64,000 bases of DNA, from positions 3,328,001-3,392,000 of the forward strand of contig OZ241917.1 in NCBI GenBank assembly GCA_965203805.1. The letters are read 5' to 3'. The stretch's first letter is position 1. The number at the start of each line of letters is the position of its first letter. The position numbers and the translations under genes were made by a program. This DNA comes from Candidatus Latescibacterota bacterium (GTDB lineage: Bacteria; Latescibacterota; UBA2968; GCA-2709665). The notes under the pieces were generated by a model. It made no database searches and was not told the origin of the DNA. It was given only the letters and a program-made list of their open reading frames with translations. Of this stretch, positions 29,401 to 39,916 are shown in pieces.

Positions 29401-30196
29401 TCAGATTTTCGAAGACGTGGTGAGGAACCATCCCGGCGGAGAAACCGCGGCCGAAGCCGCCTGGTATCGCGTCAGGACACTGAAGAGAGAGGGCCCGGAG
29501 GAAGCCTACCGGGAAGCGCTCGCGGGCTTCGTGAAGACCCGTTCAGGCAGCAGCCCCTGGTCCGCGGCGGCCCTGGAGCTGGCCGATATCCTCTACGACG
29601 GCGGGGACTTTGAACGGGCGTCCAGGGCCTACCGGAACGTGCTCGAGGCCGGCCCGTCGCCCGAAGAAACGCCGAAGGTGCTGTCCAGGCTGATGAAGGT
29701 CCACAGACGCCTGAAGCTGCTGGATACGGCGATCGCCTACGCCAACCGGCTCGTGCGGGAATTTCCCGGGCACCCCCTCGCGTCGGACGTCCGCATCGAT
29801 ATTGGAACCATGCTGCACGACAACAAGCAGTACCGGCTGGCAATCGCCCGGCTGACGCCCTTGCTGAAAAACGCCGAGGGGAACGACTGGTCGACCATCC
29901 AGTATTGGCTCGCAAAGAGCCACTTCGGACTCCGGGACTACGAGAGCGCGAAACGGGAATACCTGAAACTGCAATACCAGTTTCAGGGCGCACCGCAATG
30001 GGTGGCCAGCGCGCAGGACGGCCTCGCCAACTGCTACGAAGCCCAGGGGAACTTCCAGGAGGCGATCCGGGAACTCGAGGCCATCCGGCGGCGGGAGGGG
30101 GCGACCAGCGACCTGGGCCTCCAGGCCGGAAAACGCATTGAAATGCTGAAGGCGCTGCTGAACAGCAGCGGGGAGTCCGCGCCGCGCGCGCCGTAG
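26459..30196 (+). CDS. Large exported TPR protein (CpoB/BamD-like repeats)
   Basis: Signal peptide; many A..F..F...YP.S....A.Y.LG repeats. Confidence 0.88.
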   Translation: MQLSRIFSPTASWPRLLPGAVAGLCILLAWPAPAAGQAAEGESESVELAQRLFDNRDYANAAHEFRRFIASYPTSARLPSALYQLGEALFLDEQYSESVDAYDDFLVRYPGRLEADPALRRKAEALERLSEHARAGAAFREAHDRFPAGKHAAGNLLAAGINFHKGKDPDAAGKAFGALAENFPQSRLAAEGSYRWGLVLLDAGRPEEALDRFRTISDPGMDSKWTPDALLEIGKTALGLKDVQEAEAAFGTLRRAYPGHAAAGASYLELAAWYEGRGNWPKAAEIYGLARANLPQGEGRREAVLGLANAWLELGRTAEALALFTEFINVYAASPHLDRAWLGLGRAHADLKQYREAQNAFRRLRELFPESEAGIRAHGEMGDAWRAAGAPRRALRAYRAYAGRAEAPGAIESARLRIARTYELDLGWRDLALAVYRDLAESAGAAVAGEAQFGIARILDRTGRADRAIREYRAYLQKYDSRAAEAENRIRYLREFGREAPGVPPADLAALLSSFPAIADDPQARFVLGKFLHGRRQYAQAAETLAAALSGEPPPPFAAEAAWLLGRSALKAARKAELDGRTEPASSWRERGLAALGEVEAGHPESEYADDAALLRIETETRLPADAGEAGVPAQTGEADTDTARARRRLAAYGEFMKTYPGSDRLDRALLGMADAMRALSRFEPAWIDTALTTYREISDTYPKSPAAERATYGIGLCQALKKDHAAAEETLRDFLFAYPQSDLESHARYQLGRILLERGFPRSAADDLAELLAGPASLELARSARNLLAESYFRADNYRRAIEIDTELLSAGPDEPALRRLARSYEANGQAAEAVETCQTLLNAYPNAAGADSFAYARARLLADLDRESEAVAAFKAFPGQYPESPLKANAGRAVSTLLFEAGEYRNALAAIAHIPADARDAPVAGSEVLSLFRLKRVQEAKKAAGRFKKTYPDSREWLGRFRNEEGLYYLNAGNFKKARQIFEDVVRNHPGGETAAEAAWYRVRTLKREGPEEAYREALAGFVKTRSGSSPWSAAALELADILYDGGDFERASRAYRNVLEAGPSPEETPKVLSRLMKVHRRLKLLDTAIAYANRLVREFPGHPLASDVRIDIGTMLHDNKQYRLAIARLTPLLKNAEGNDWSTIQYWLAKSHFGLRDYESAKREYLKLQYQFQGAPQWVASAQDGLANCYEAQGNFQEAIRELEAIRRREGATSDLGLQAGKRIEMLKALLNSSGESAPRAP

Positions 30197-30241
30197 TCCG
30201 CGCACGTCCGAACACGAATCCTGTTTGCCCGAACGACCGCC

Positions 30242-31789
30242 ATGGCCGAAACGTCAAAACAAAACGCGCTGATCGTCGCCGCCGACCCGGGGATGGGCCA
30301 GGCCCTGCGCGCCCAACTGGATACGCAGGGGTGGGATACCATTCTGACCAATAGCGTGGGGCCGGTTCCGAAACTGCTCAGGCGGGGCGACGTGGACCTG
30401 GTCCTCGTGGACGAGGAAAACCTGTCGCGCGCGGCCTCCGACCCGGAACGACCCCTGATCGCCGGCGCCGGCGGCGTTTCCCTGCTGGTCTTCCTGACGC
30501 CGGAGCGACGCCAGGACCGTACGCTGCTGCAGGGCCTGGAGCCGCGGGCTATCCTGGACCTTCCGATGGATGCGGCGCAGGTCGGACAGGCGCTGCAACT
30601 GGTGGGCGACCAGGCGAAGGCGACCGTGGACACGGACCTGCTGGGAGATTCCGAAGCCATCCGCCGGATCAGAGAGACCATCCGTCAGGTCGGTCCGGTT
30701 CCAGTCAGCGTACTGATTACCGGCGAAAGCGGTTCGGGGAAGAACATGGTGGTCCAGGCGCTGCACCGGCACAGCGCCCGTTCGAACGCGCGGCTCGTCA
30801 CCGTGAACTGCGGGGCCATTCCCGAGACGCTCCTGGAAAGCGAACTCTTCGGCCACGAGAAAGGCGCGTTCACGGATGCGCGGACCCGGCGGCAGGGTAT
30901 CTTCGAGGCCGCGGACGGGGGTACGGTCTTTCTGGATGAAATCGGTGAAATGACCCTCGCGGCCCAGGTCCGCCTGTTGCGGGTGCTGGATACCCGGGAG
31001 ATCACCCGCCTGGGCAGTACCGAATCCATCCGGGTGGACGTGCGGATCCTGGCCGCGACGAACCAGGACCTCCAGCAGGCCGTCGACCAGGGACGCTTCA
31101 GGAGCGATCTCTATCACCGCCTCAGGGTGGTTGAGCTGCGGGTGCCCCCGCTTCGAAGCCATCCGGATGACATCCCAGTGCTGGCGGACCACTTCATCGA
31201 GATCTGCCGGAAGGAACACGGCGTGCCGCCCATCGAACTGGATGCCAGGGCGATGGACATCCTGCTCAATTACCGCTGGCCCGGCAATATCCGCGAACTC
31301 CGGAACCTGATCGAACGGCTCATGGTCCTTTCGGTCAACCGCAGGATCGGTCCGGCCGATATCACCCGGCACCTCGAAGGCATGGACCCGTCGCAGGTGA
31401 CCGGCCGCGCCGCTTCAAACCTGCCCGTGCACGTGGCCAAGACCCCCGAAGAGTCCCAGCGGGACCTGCTTTACTGGGCCATCCTGGAAGTCGCGCGAGA
31501 CATCAAGGAACTCAAGGCCCACCTGATGGAGAACCCCGTCAACCTGCCCTCCCTGCCGGTCTATTCCCAGGGCGCCCCGCCGGATGCCGGCCGCGTCGAG
31601 GAAGTCGAATACACGGAAGCGGACGCGGGACCGCCGCGGGCCGACCCGATCAAGTCCCTCCGCGACGTGGAGCGCGACGCCATCGCCCGAGCGCTCCGGG
31701 CCACCGGGGGCCACCGCAAACGCGCGGCCGCCCTGCTGGACCTTCCCGAGCGCACGCTCTATCGCAAAATCCAGCAGTATGGGCTGTAG
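30242..31789 (+). CDS. Sigma-54-dependent Fis-family activator with degenerate receiver domain
   Basis: ITGESGSGK, ESELFGHEKGAFTDA, FLDEIGE, RSDLYHRL, WPGNIREL, C-terminal HTH. Confidence 0.93.
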   Translation: MAETSKQNALIVAADPGMGQALRAQLDTQGWDTILTNSVGPVPKLLRRGDVDLVLVDEENLSRAASDPERPLIAGAGGVSLLVFLTPERRQDRTLLQGLEPRAILDLPMDAAQVGQALQLVGDQAKATVDTDLLGDSEAIRRIRETIRQVGPVPVSVLITGESGSGKNMVVQALHRHSARSNARLVTVNCGAIPETLLESELFGHEKGAFTDARTRRQGIFEAADGGTVFLDEIGEMTLAAQVRLLRVLDTREITRLGSTESIRVDVRILAATNQDLQQAVDQGRFRSDLYHRLRVVELRVPPLRSHPDDIPVLADHFIEICRKEHGVPPIELDARAMDILLNYRWPGNIRELRNLIERLMVLSVNRRIGPADITRHLEGMDPSQVTGRAASNLPVHVAKTPEESQRDLLYWAILEVARDIKELKAHLMENPVNLPSLPVYSQGAPPDAGRVEEVEYTEADAGPPRADPIKSLRDVERDAIARALRATGGHRKRAAALLDLPERTLYRKIQQYGL

Positions 31790-32934
31790 AAGAGCGGGGA
31801 GACGTAAGACGTGAGACGTGAGATTATATCAGTGCTCCATGGTCTTTCCAGTCGTTACGATAACGGTAAATTAGCAGGCACGGTTTATGTAGAAACACGG
31901 CTGTGAATGTCTTCATCTACCGTCTACCCTCTTACGTCTACCCGCTTTTACGCGTGCCGGTCATCTATAGATACTCTGATTGACAGGAATTCGCCAGCCC
32001 GGCACATCTGCATGCCCGGTCCATCGACCCATCGCCGTTCCCCCTTCCTCGCAGGAAGGGGGATAGGGGGTAGGTTGGCGGAGGCGGGGAGACGGGAGAG
32101 GTGAGACGGGAGATGGGGGATGACAACCTGCGTCAACGGGACGACGATATGGCCGGGCGAGACCTCCTCCCTGATGCGCAGACCTATCCCCCCTGCCTGC
32201 CGAAAAACCACCGCCAGGCAGGGACCCTTTCCTATAAGGAAAGGGTAACGAACGCCACGCGATAGGATCCGGGGGTCCCCCTTCCGTCGGGAAGGGGGTA
32301 GGTCTCGAAAAGGGTAGACGTAAGATGGGGGATGACAACCTGCGTCAACGGGGCGACGATAAGGCCGGGCGAGACCTCCTCCCTGATGCGCAGACCTCTC
32401 CCCCCTGCCTGCCGAAAAACCACCGCCAGGCAGGGACCCTCTCCTATAAGGAAAGGGTAACGAACGCCACGCGATAGGATCCGGGGGTCCCCCTTCCGTC
32501 GGGAAGGGGGCTAGGGAATGGGTCTCGAAAAGGGTAGACGTGAGATGGGGGATGACAACCTGCGTCAACGGGGCGACGATAAGGCCGGGCGACATGACCT
32601 CCCTGATGCGCAGACCTCTCCCCCCTGCCTGCCGAAAAACCACCGCCAGGCAGGGACCCTCTCCTATAAGGAAAGGGTAACGAACGCCACGCGATAGGAT
32701 CCGGGGGTCCCCCTTCCGTCGGGAAGGGGGCTAGGGAATGGGTCTCGAAAAGGGTAGACGTGAGATGAATGCCCTATGGTCTTTCTCGTCGTTACCATAG
32801 TCGGTAAAGAAACAGGCACGGTTAGCGTGAAAACACTGTGGTAACGTTTTCATCTACCGTCTACCCTCTTACGTCTCACCGCCTTCATCTACCGTCTACC
32901 CTCTTACCGCTTTCAGGTTTTCATTCTTAATTCT
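31790..32934 (+). repeat. Modular REP-like cassette 8, with 3 tandem units of ~212-220 bp; tail continues at 34758-34800 after the IS
   Basis: Core at 31954; GATGACAACC at 32119, 32331, 32551. Confidence 0.93.
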
Positions 32935-34757
32935 GAGTCCACTCCGAAAAGTCGCATTTACTTATGCTGGTGAAAGTACTAAATTCGAAGTGTGAAAAGT
33001 CAGCAAGGATGAAGTATTGAGAATTACAATTGTAGAGAGCGTGGGAGAGGACAGATGTATAAGCCGAGTGCGTCGTGCAGTCAACCGGATCTGTTTTCGA
33101 ATTTCGAGTCGCATTTCACACAGCGGAAGCAGGCGCAGTTGAATGATCCGAAGTCGTGGCATAATCTGTTTTACCAGCACATCACGTCAGAGATCGACGA
33201 GGATGTGTTTTCCGTGTTGTTTGATCCCGACATAGGCCGTCCCAATGCCCCGATTCGTCAGTTGGCGGCGATGATGGTCTTGAAGGAGGGCTTCGGGTGG
33301 AGCGATGCACAACTGTTCGAGCAATGTCGGTTCAATATCCTGGCGATGCGGGCATTGGGGTTGATGAATCTGTCTGATGAGGCGCCTGTGGAGTCGACGT
33401 ATTATCTGTTCAAACAGTCCTTGTATGCGTATCAACTGAAAACCGGTCGGGATCTGGTTGGCGAGACCTTTAGCAGCTTAACGAAGACGCAGGCCGACGC
33501 CTTTGGTGTGCTGGGTCAGCAAATCCGAATGGACAGTAAGTTAATCGGCTCGAACATTGCGCTATGTTGTCGGTTGCAGTTGGTGGTGGGTTGTTTACAA
33601 CGGTTCTGGGGATCGTTGGACGAGGCCCGGAAGCGGCGATTATCAGGAAAACACCGGCAGGTTCTGGACGGAATGCTCAAGGTGAAGCCCCATCAGGTTG
33701 TCTACCGTCTCACCCGTGCTGAAAAAGGTGAGAAGCTACAGGAATACGGTGTGTTATTGAGCAGGCTTCAAGCGATCTATACCGAGAAAGACAGCGATCA
33801 CTATGGTGTGATGGCGCGTGTTTTTGGAGACCAGTATTCGGTTTTATCCTCCTCCAAACAGGTGCTTCCCAAGCCGCCTGATGAGATCTCCGCATCCTCC
33901 TTGCAGTCCCCCGATGACGAAGATGCGGCCTTTCGTAAGAAAGGGGAAGCGAAGGTGAAAGGATACAGTGTGAACCTCACCGAGACCTGCGGTGAGGAGG
34001 GCCTCAATTTGATCACGGACATTGACGTCAAATCCGCGACAGCGCCCGACAACGCGTTTGTGCAAGCGGCCGTAGGGCGCACACAGCACGTGGTAGGGCA
34101 GGTTCGAGACGTGTCGATGGATGGGGCCTATAATGATCAATCCAACGCCGAGTACGCAAACGAACACGACAAGCAATTCTATTACAGTGGCCTGCAAGGA
34201 ACCCCAGGGCGTTTCATTTATCGACGAACAAGAGAAGGCGTCGAAGTCATGGATCGAAATACCCAAGCCGTGCAGCTTGCCCAAGAATACAAACCGGGGA
34301 AATACAAACTCATCATGGATGGCAAACCCCGATACTTTAAAGAACAGGCCATCGACAACTACATCAAACGCAAACAGAGTGAAGCCCTGCCTGAACACAT
34401 CAGAAACCGACGCAATAACGTCGAAGCCAGCCTCTTCCAGTTGAGCTATTACACCCGAAACGGCAAAACTCGCTATCGTGGATTGATGCCACATCAGCTG
34501 TGGGCGCACTGTCGTGGCTTATGGGTCAATCTCGTTCGGATCCAGAATTACCTCACCTCACCCACGATGCTCCCCGCATAAGATGCGACTTTTTTATGCA
34601 TATCCTTGCCCCAAAACCACGCGAGCAACCTCGTAAACCGCCTCTGTGTTGATGGGCCGCAACCCGATGCACTTTCACCACGCAACGCGACCTCTCAATA
34701 CACAACACTGACACCTACACACGAAATCTTCCTGAACCCCCTTCTCGGAGGGGACTC
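32935..34757 (+). mobile_element. Insertion sequence (1823 bp), IS1182/IS5-like DDE type
   Basis: Terminal IRs GAGTCCACTCCGAAAAG / CTTCTCGGAGGGGACTC (15/17 match); AATTCT duplicated at 32929-32934 and 34758-34763; lower GC. Confidence 0.92.
33055..34581 (+). CDS. DDE transposase with DUF772-like N-terminus
   Basis: GRPNAPIRQL..LKE..GWSD, RMDS, SLQSPDDEDA, MDGAY, RNNVEAS. Confidence 0.92.
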   Translation: MYKPSASCSQPDLFSNFESHFTQRKQAQLNDPKSWHNLFYQHITSEIDEDVFSVLFDPDIGRPNAPIRQLAAMMVLKEGFGWSDAQLFEQCRFNILAMRALGLMNLSDEAPVESTYYLFKQSLYAYQLKTGRDLVGETFSSLTKTQADAFGVLGQQIRMDSKLIGSNIALCCRLQLVVGCLQRFWGSLDEARKRRLSGKHRQVLDGMLKVKPHQVVYRLTRAEKGEKLQEYGVLLSRLQAIYTEKDSDHYGVMARVFGDQYSVLSSSKQVLPKPPDEISASSLQSPDDEDAAFRKKGEAKVKGYSVNLTETCGEEGLNLITDIDVKSATAPDNAFVQAAVGRTQHVVGQVRDVSMDGAYNDQSNAEYANEHDKQFYYSGLQGTPGRFIYRRTREGVEVMDRNTQAVQLAQEYKPGKYKLIMDGKPRYFKEQAIDNYIKRKQSEALPEHIRNRRNNVEASLFQLSYYTRNGKTRYRGLMPHQLWAHCRGLWVNLVRIQNYLTSPTMLPA

Positions 34758-34905
34758 AATTCTCCATTCTTAATTCTTCATTCTACCCTCTTACCGCTTT
34801 TTCGGAACCTTTGCCCCTGCTACCGGGTCTAACACCCGTGAACACGAGAGACAGACGAACGCATCGTCGAGCCACCCAGGAGACCTGAGAAAGGGGATTT
34901 TCCCG

Positions 34906-36345
34906 ATGTCCATCCAATCCATCCGCTATCGACAGCTGACGCTTATTCTGGGCCTGCTTTTCGCCGCCGGCGCATTCACGTCCCCCGCGCACGCGTCCGA
35001 GGACCAGGCCATCGAGCAGCTTCGGAGCCTCAACGAAGCCTTTACGACGATCGCCGGTCGGGTGACGCCCACGGTTGTCACCATCAGCACCAGGCAGTCC
35101 GTATCCCTGGCGGAACAGAGAAGGGGCCCCCGGTTTTATTTCCCGTGGCCCCGGAACCGGCAGGAGGACCGTCCCGGACTCGGGTCCGGCATTATCATGA
35201 CCGCGGATGGATACATACTGACCAACCACCACGTGGTGGGCAAGGCGGACCAGATCACGGTCATCCTCAATGACAACCAGGAGTTCGAAGCCCGCCTGGT
35301 CGGCGCGGATTCACTTACGGACGTGGCGGTGGTCAAGATCGACGCCAGCGACCTTTCCGCCGCGCCCGTGGGCAACTCGGACGAAATCCGGATCGGAGAG
35401 TGGGTGATGGCGGTCGGCGCGCCGCTCCGCCTGCGTTCCACGGTCACGTCCGGGATCGTCAGCGCCCTGGGCCGAAGCCTGAACATCATCCCCAATTCGT
35501 TCGGCGTGGAAGACTTCATCCAGACCGACGCGGCGATCAACCCCGGGAACTCGGGCGGTGCGCTGATCAACCTTGAAGGGGAAGTCATCGGCGTAAACAC
35601 GGCAATCGCAACGGAGGACCGGGGCTTCATCGGGTACGGCTTCGCCATTCCAATCAACCTGGCAAGAAAGGTGATGGACGACATTGTCGCCCACGGCCGG
35701 GTGCGGAGAGGGTTTCTGGGCGTCTCCCTCAAACAGGTCGACGCGGCCCTTGCCGATGCGTTCGGCATGGACCGCCCGCGAGGCGTCCTCATCTCCGATG
35801 TTTTCTCGGACACGCCGGCCGACGCCGCCGGACTGAAGACCGAGGATATCATCCTGAGCATAGACGGCATATCGGTCAACCGTCCCAACCACGTACAAAG
35901 CCTGATTGCCCGCAAGAACCCGGACGACACGGTGACGCTGAGCGTCAAGCGATCGAGCAGGACGATCTCCCTCCAGGTGAAACTGGGTGAAAAACCCGCA
36001 CAGCTCGGCCAGATTGCAGCGGCCGGGCCGGCGTCCGGTCCGGCCGAGCTTCACGGGCTGAGCCTTAGCGACATCACCCCGGACGTCGCGGGAAGATGGG
36101 GGCTGGAAGACTCGGTGGACGGCATTCTGGTGACGGACGTCGAACCCCGAAGCAGGGCCGCGAGAGCCCGCTTTGAGCGGGGAGACATCATCTTCAAGAT
36201 CCGCCAGGGGAATCTCCAGCGGGAAGTGCGGTCCGTCGCCGAATTCAAGACGTCCCTGAACAAACTCGAAAAGGGCCGCAACGCCGCCTTTTACGTGCGG
36301 CGGGGAACGTACCATCTGTTCCTGACCATGAAGATCCCTGAATAG
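34906..36345 (+). CDS. degQ: DegQ/HtrA serine endoprotease with two PDZ domains
   Basis: GLGSG, ILTNHHVV, TDVAVVK, IQTDAAINPGNSGGAL. Confidence 0.93.
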   Translation: MSIQSIRYRQLTLILGLLFAAGAFTSPAHASEDQAIEQLRSLNEAFTTIAGRVTPTVVTISTRQSVSLAEQRRGPRFYFPWPRNRQEDRPGLGSGIIMTADGYILTNHHVVGKADQITVILNDNQEFEARLVGADSLTDVAVVKIDASDLSAAPVGNSDEIRIGEWVMAVGAPLRLRSTVTSGIVSALGRSLNIIPNSFGVEDFIQTDAAINPGNSGGALINLEGEVIGVNTAIATEDRGFIGYGFAIPINLARKVMDDIVAHGRVRRGFLGVSLKQVDAALADAFGMDRPRGVLISDVFSDTPADAAGLKTEDIILSIDGISVNRPNHVQSLIARKNPDDTVTLSVKRSSRTISLQVKLGEKPAQLGQIAAAGPASGPAELHGLSLSDITPDVAGRWGLEDSVDGILVTDVEPRSRAARARFERGDIIFKIRQGNLQREVRSVAEFKTSLNKLEKGRNAAFYVRRGTYHLFLTMKIPE

Positions 36346-36387
36346 AAAAGCGGCAATACGCGGCGCCACATCGCTGATCGCACGCAG

Positions 36388-36424
36388 AGAAGCCCGGCGG
36401 GTATTCCCGCCGGGCTTCTTTGTA
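36388..36424 (+). terminator. Intrinsic terminator after degQ
   Basis: Perfect 14-bp stem AGAAGCCCGGCGGG-TATT-CCCGCCGGGCTTCT followed by TTGT. Confidence 0.8.
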
Positions 36425-38160
36425 AGCTTTCAGCAGTCAGCTAAAAGCAAAAGCGCCCTCACCCCCAACCCCGCAGACCTCTCCCCCCGGCCCCCTCTCC
36501 CGGGGGGAGAGGGGGAGAAAAGACAGGCATCGCGGGCCGGTCATCTATAGATACTCTGATTGACAGGAAATCGCCAGCCGGCACATTTGCATGCCCGGTC
36601 CATCGACCCATCGCCGTTCCCCCTTCCTCACAGGAAGGGGGATAGGGGGTAGGTCCCGAAAAGGGTAGACGGGAGACGGGAGATGAGGGATGACAACCTG
36701 CTTCAACGGGGCGACGATAAGGCCTGGCGACATGACCTCGCGGATGCGCAGACCTATCCCCCTGCCTGCCGAAAAATCACCGCCAGGCAGGGACCCTTTC
36801 CTATAAGGAAAGGGGGGAGACAACCAGGAGAACGCCTCTACAGACGTCGGCGCGCCAACACCGCGAATCCTCACCATTGTCCTTCACGACATACCTATCA
36901 CGCGTCCGGTGGTGGGGATGGGGTTTTTCCGTGCAAGTCCGTCCGGGAACGCCTGCAACGGTTTCAGGGCAACGTCTCCCGTTGTCTCCACTGAAGCGGT
37001 TCACGGAAAAAATAAAAATTGATGGGAGAGGTTAAGTTTCTGTCCTACCGGAACGCAGGTCCAACGGGTGTCTGTCCGCCGCCAGGCGCCCTTTGGGGAT
37101 GCTATGGATAATCCCCACGAGGACCATCCCGTTTTCATTCTTCATTCTTCATTCTTCATTCCGCCTTCATCTACCGTCTACCCTCTTACGTCTAACCGCT
37201 TTTACGCAGACCTCTCCCCCCGGCCCCCTCTCCCGGGGGGAGAGGGGGAGAGAAGCAGGCATCGCGGGCCGGTCATCTATAGACACTCTGATTGACAGGA
37301 AATCGCCACCCGGCACATCTGCATGCCCGGTCCATCGACCCGTCGCCGTTCCCCCTTCCTCGCAGGAAGGGGGTTAGGGGGTAGGTCCCGAAAAGGGTAG
37401 ACGGGAGATGAGGGATGACAACCTGCTTCAACGGGGCGACGATAAGGCCTGGCGACATGACCTCGCGGATGCGCAGACCTATCCCCCTGCCTGCCGAAAA
37501 ACCACCGCCAGGCAGGGACCCTTTCCTATAAGGAAAGGGGGGAGACAACCAGGAGAACGCCTCTACAGACGTCGGCGCGCCAACACCGCGAATCCTCACC
37601 ATTGTCCTTCACGACATACCTATCACGCGTCCGGTGGTGGGGATGGGGTTTTTCCGTGCAAGTCCGTCCGGGAACGCCTGCAACGGTTTCAGGGCAACGT
37701 CTCCCGTTGTCTCCACTGAAGCGGTTCACGGAAAAAATAAAAATTGATGGGAGAGGTTAAGTTTCTGTCCCCCAGGAGATTAGTTCCAACGGGTGTCTGT
37801 CCGCCGCCAGGCGCCCTTTGGGGATGCTATGGATAATTCCCACGAGGACCATCCCGTTTTCATTCTTCATTCTTCCTTTTTCCTTCTTCCTTCCTCCCTC
37901 TTACGTCTCACCGCTTTCAGGTTTTCATTCTTAATTCTTCATTCTTCATTTTTCATTCCGCCTTCCTCCTCCTTCCCTCTCCCGTCTCCCCTATTTTCTT
38001 GCCCCGTGTTGTTTCATATCTTGCCAGAGGCATAAGGGAAGTACCAATCGGGCAAGGACATCATCTACCGTCTACCCTCTTACGTCTCACCGGTTTTAGG
38101 TTTTCATTCTTAATTCTTCATTCTTAATTCTTAATTATTCTTTCTTCCCGTCTCACCGGT
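36425..38160 (+). repeat. Modular REP-like cassette 9: ~680-bp block duplicated (period ~730 bp)
   Basis: About 36472-37150 matches about 37205-37875; cores at 36534 and 37266. Confidence 0.93.
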
Positions 38161-38161
38161 T

Positions 38162-39916
38162 TTACGGCGCCTTTTTGTTGATCTTGATAACGTAGGTTTC
38201 CGGAGGTTTCGCAATGTGCACGACCGAGAAACGCTCCGGGTAGGCCTTGATGGCCGGCATGATACGTGTCAATTTCTCTTTGAACGCGGGGATGTTCTCC
38301 AGCAGGACGTAGTCGAATTTGTCAAGCGCCTTCATCGCTTCGGCCGGATCCTCGGACCGGGGGTAGCCATCGGTTTCCCGCTTCGACCAGAACCACACCA
38401 GGCCCGGCTTCCGGGTGGAGACACGGCTTTCAGGGGGCGTGTTGTCCCGCATCCAGACGCTGGCCTCGTAATATGGTTTCCAGACCGTGTGATAACCGGA
38501 CATCGTCCGCTGTCCCCTGACAATTGCGAAACCCCCGTACAACGAAGGCAGCAGAAACAGACAGGCCAGGAACACGGGCGCATACCTGATCAGAACAGGG
38601 CGCGCAAGAACAGGCGTGAACCTGCTCAACCGCAGAAAGCGGGCGCGGCGTCCGGCCGGATCTGTCGATTCAGGAAACAGGCCGCAGATCCTCTCCGCGG
38701 CATTGAATACGTAGAGCACGATGAACGGCAGTACCGGCAGCAGGTAACGGGCGGGCGAGCCGGGCAGGGCGAACAGGGTGGCAACGTATCCCATGAAGTA
38801 CCAGTCGTGCACCTCCAGGCTTCGCAGAAGCGAGAGGGGCTTTCGGGCGGGGGACTTTCTCCCGAACACAAACCCGATGCCGATCAGAATGAAAAAGAGC
38901 CAACCCATGGGACGCCACGCCGCGGTAATCGGCAGTTTGTCCAGAAATTGCCTGAAAAGCAGGAGGTATTCCAGGTTCTCCAGGTATCCGCGGGGGTTTT
39001 TGGTGAAGAAATAATAAAAGAAATTATCCCAGAAGGAACCCACTTCGCCCTCCGGGATGTAAACCCCCGCCGAGATCTGGTGGATCATCCCCAGGTACCC
39101 CTGGGTTTCGGGAAAGTTCACCTTCAGATAGAGTACCCACGGCAGAACCCAGACCGAGACGCACGCGGCAAGAAGCGCCGGTTTCCTGAATTGTCCGCGC
39201 AGAACGAGATAGATCGCAGCCGCAATCACCAGGTAGACCGACGGCGACTTGACGTGGTACGCCCACCCCGCGGCGCAGGACGCCGCGATCAGCCATTTCC
39301 ACGAGATACCCGGATGCTTGATGTACTTCAGGATCGCCCAGAGGGCGAGCATTGAGAATGCGGGAAAGGGTACGTCCGCGGTGGCGACGTTGGAATATTC
39401 CATAGACAGCCAGGAGGAACCGGTAATCAGGGCGATCAGAAGCGCCCGGCTGTTGTCGATGAATTCCCGGGCGACCAGGAACGTGAAGAGCGGAAAGAGA
39501 AACCCTGTCAGGGCGATGGTCGCCTTGAGCGCGAGTACGCTATCCGGAAACAGGACGACCGCCGGCATCAGCAGCGTCTTCACGCCCAGGCCGTACTGGC
39601 TGTCCACCACGCCTCTGCCCTGGACCAGGCGCATCGCGTCCCTGATATACACGATATTGTCGCCGATGACGTGCACCCACTCGTTGCAGGTGAGAAGATA
39701 CAGCCCGGTAATCGCGGCGGTACCGATCACGGCCGAGGCCGTAAACCTGTGCTCCGGAATCTGCCGGAATGCCGCCAGACCGGCAACGCAGAGAATCACG
39801 ACCATACAGGCCATCGTGGGCGCCAGGGTCGCAAGGTTGAGAAGGTGCGCACACTGATAGGCCAGCAGGACAACCAGGGAATACGGGAAGACGTAGCTGA
39901 GGTATCGGGCGGTCAT
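38162..39916 (-). CDS. Multi-pass membrane protein, GT-C (ArnT/PMT-like) glycosyltransferase candidate
   Basis: Many TM segments; GDNIVYI loop, ADVPF, RYLLPVLPF, EASVWMRDNTPPES. Start moved to ATG 39916, overlapping the GT2 stop. Confidence 0.7.
   Translation of the reverse strand: MTARYLSYVFPYSLVVLLAYQCAHLLNLATLAPTMACMVVILCVAGLAAFRQIPEHRFTASAVIGTAAITGLYLLTCNEWVHVIGDNIVYIRDAMRLVQGRGVVDSQYGLGVKTLLMPAVVLFPDSVLALKATIALTGFLFPLFTFLVAREFIDNSRALLIALITGSSWLSMEYSNVATADVPFPAFSMLALWAILKYIKHPGISWKWLIAASCAAGWAYHVKSPSVYLVIAAAIYLVLRGQFRKPALLAACVSVWVLPWVLYLKVNFPETQGYLGMIHQISAGVYIPEGEVGSFWDNFFYYFFTKNPRGYLENLEYLLLFRQFLDKLPITAAWRPMGWLFFILIGIGFVFGRKSPARKPLSLLRSLEVHDWYFMGYVATLFALPGSPARYLLPVLPFIVLYVFNAAERICGLFPESTDPAGRRARFLRLSRFTPVLARPVLIRYAPVFLACLFLLPSLYGGFAIVRGQRTMSGYHTVWKPYYEASVWMRDNTPPESRVSTRKPGLVWFWSKRETDGYPRSEDPAEAMKALDKFDYVLLENIPAFKEKLTRIMPAIKAYPERFSVVHIAKPPETYVIKINKKAP

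Noticed and set aside
30841-30885. GAFTDA variant as a sign of a non-functional activator
   Set aside because: This variant occurs in other enhancer-binding proteins and all other motifs are intact.
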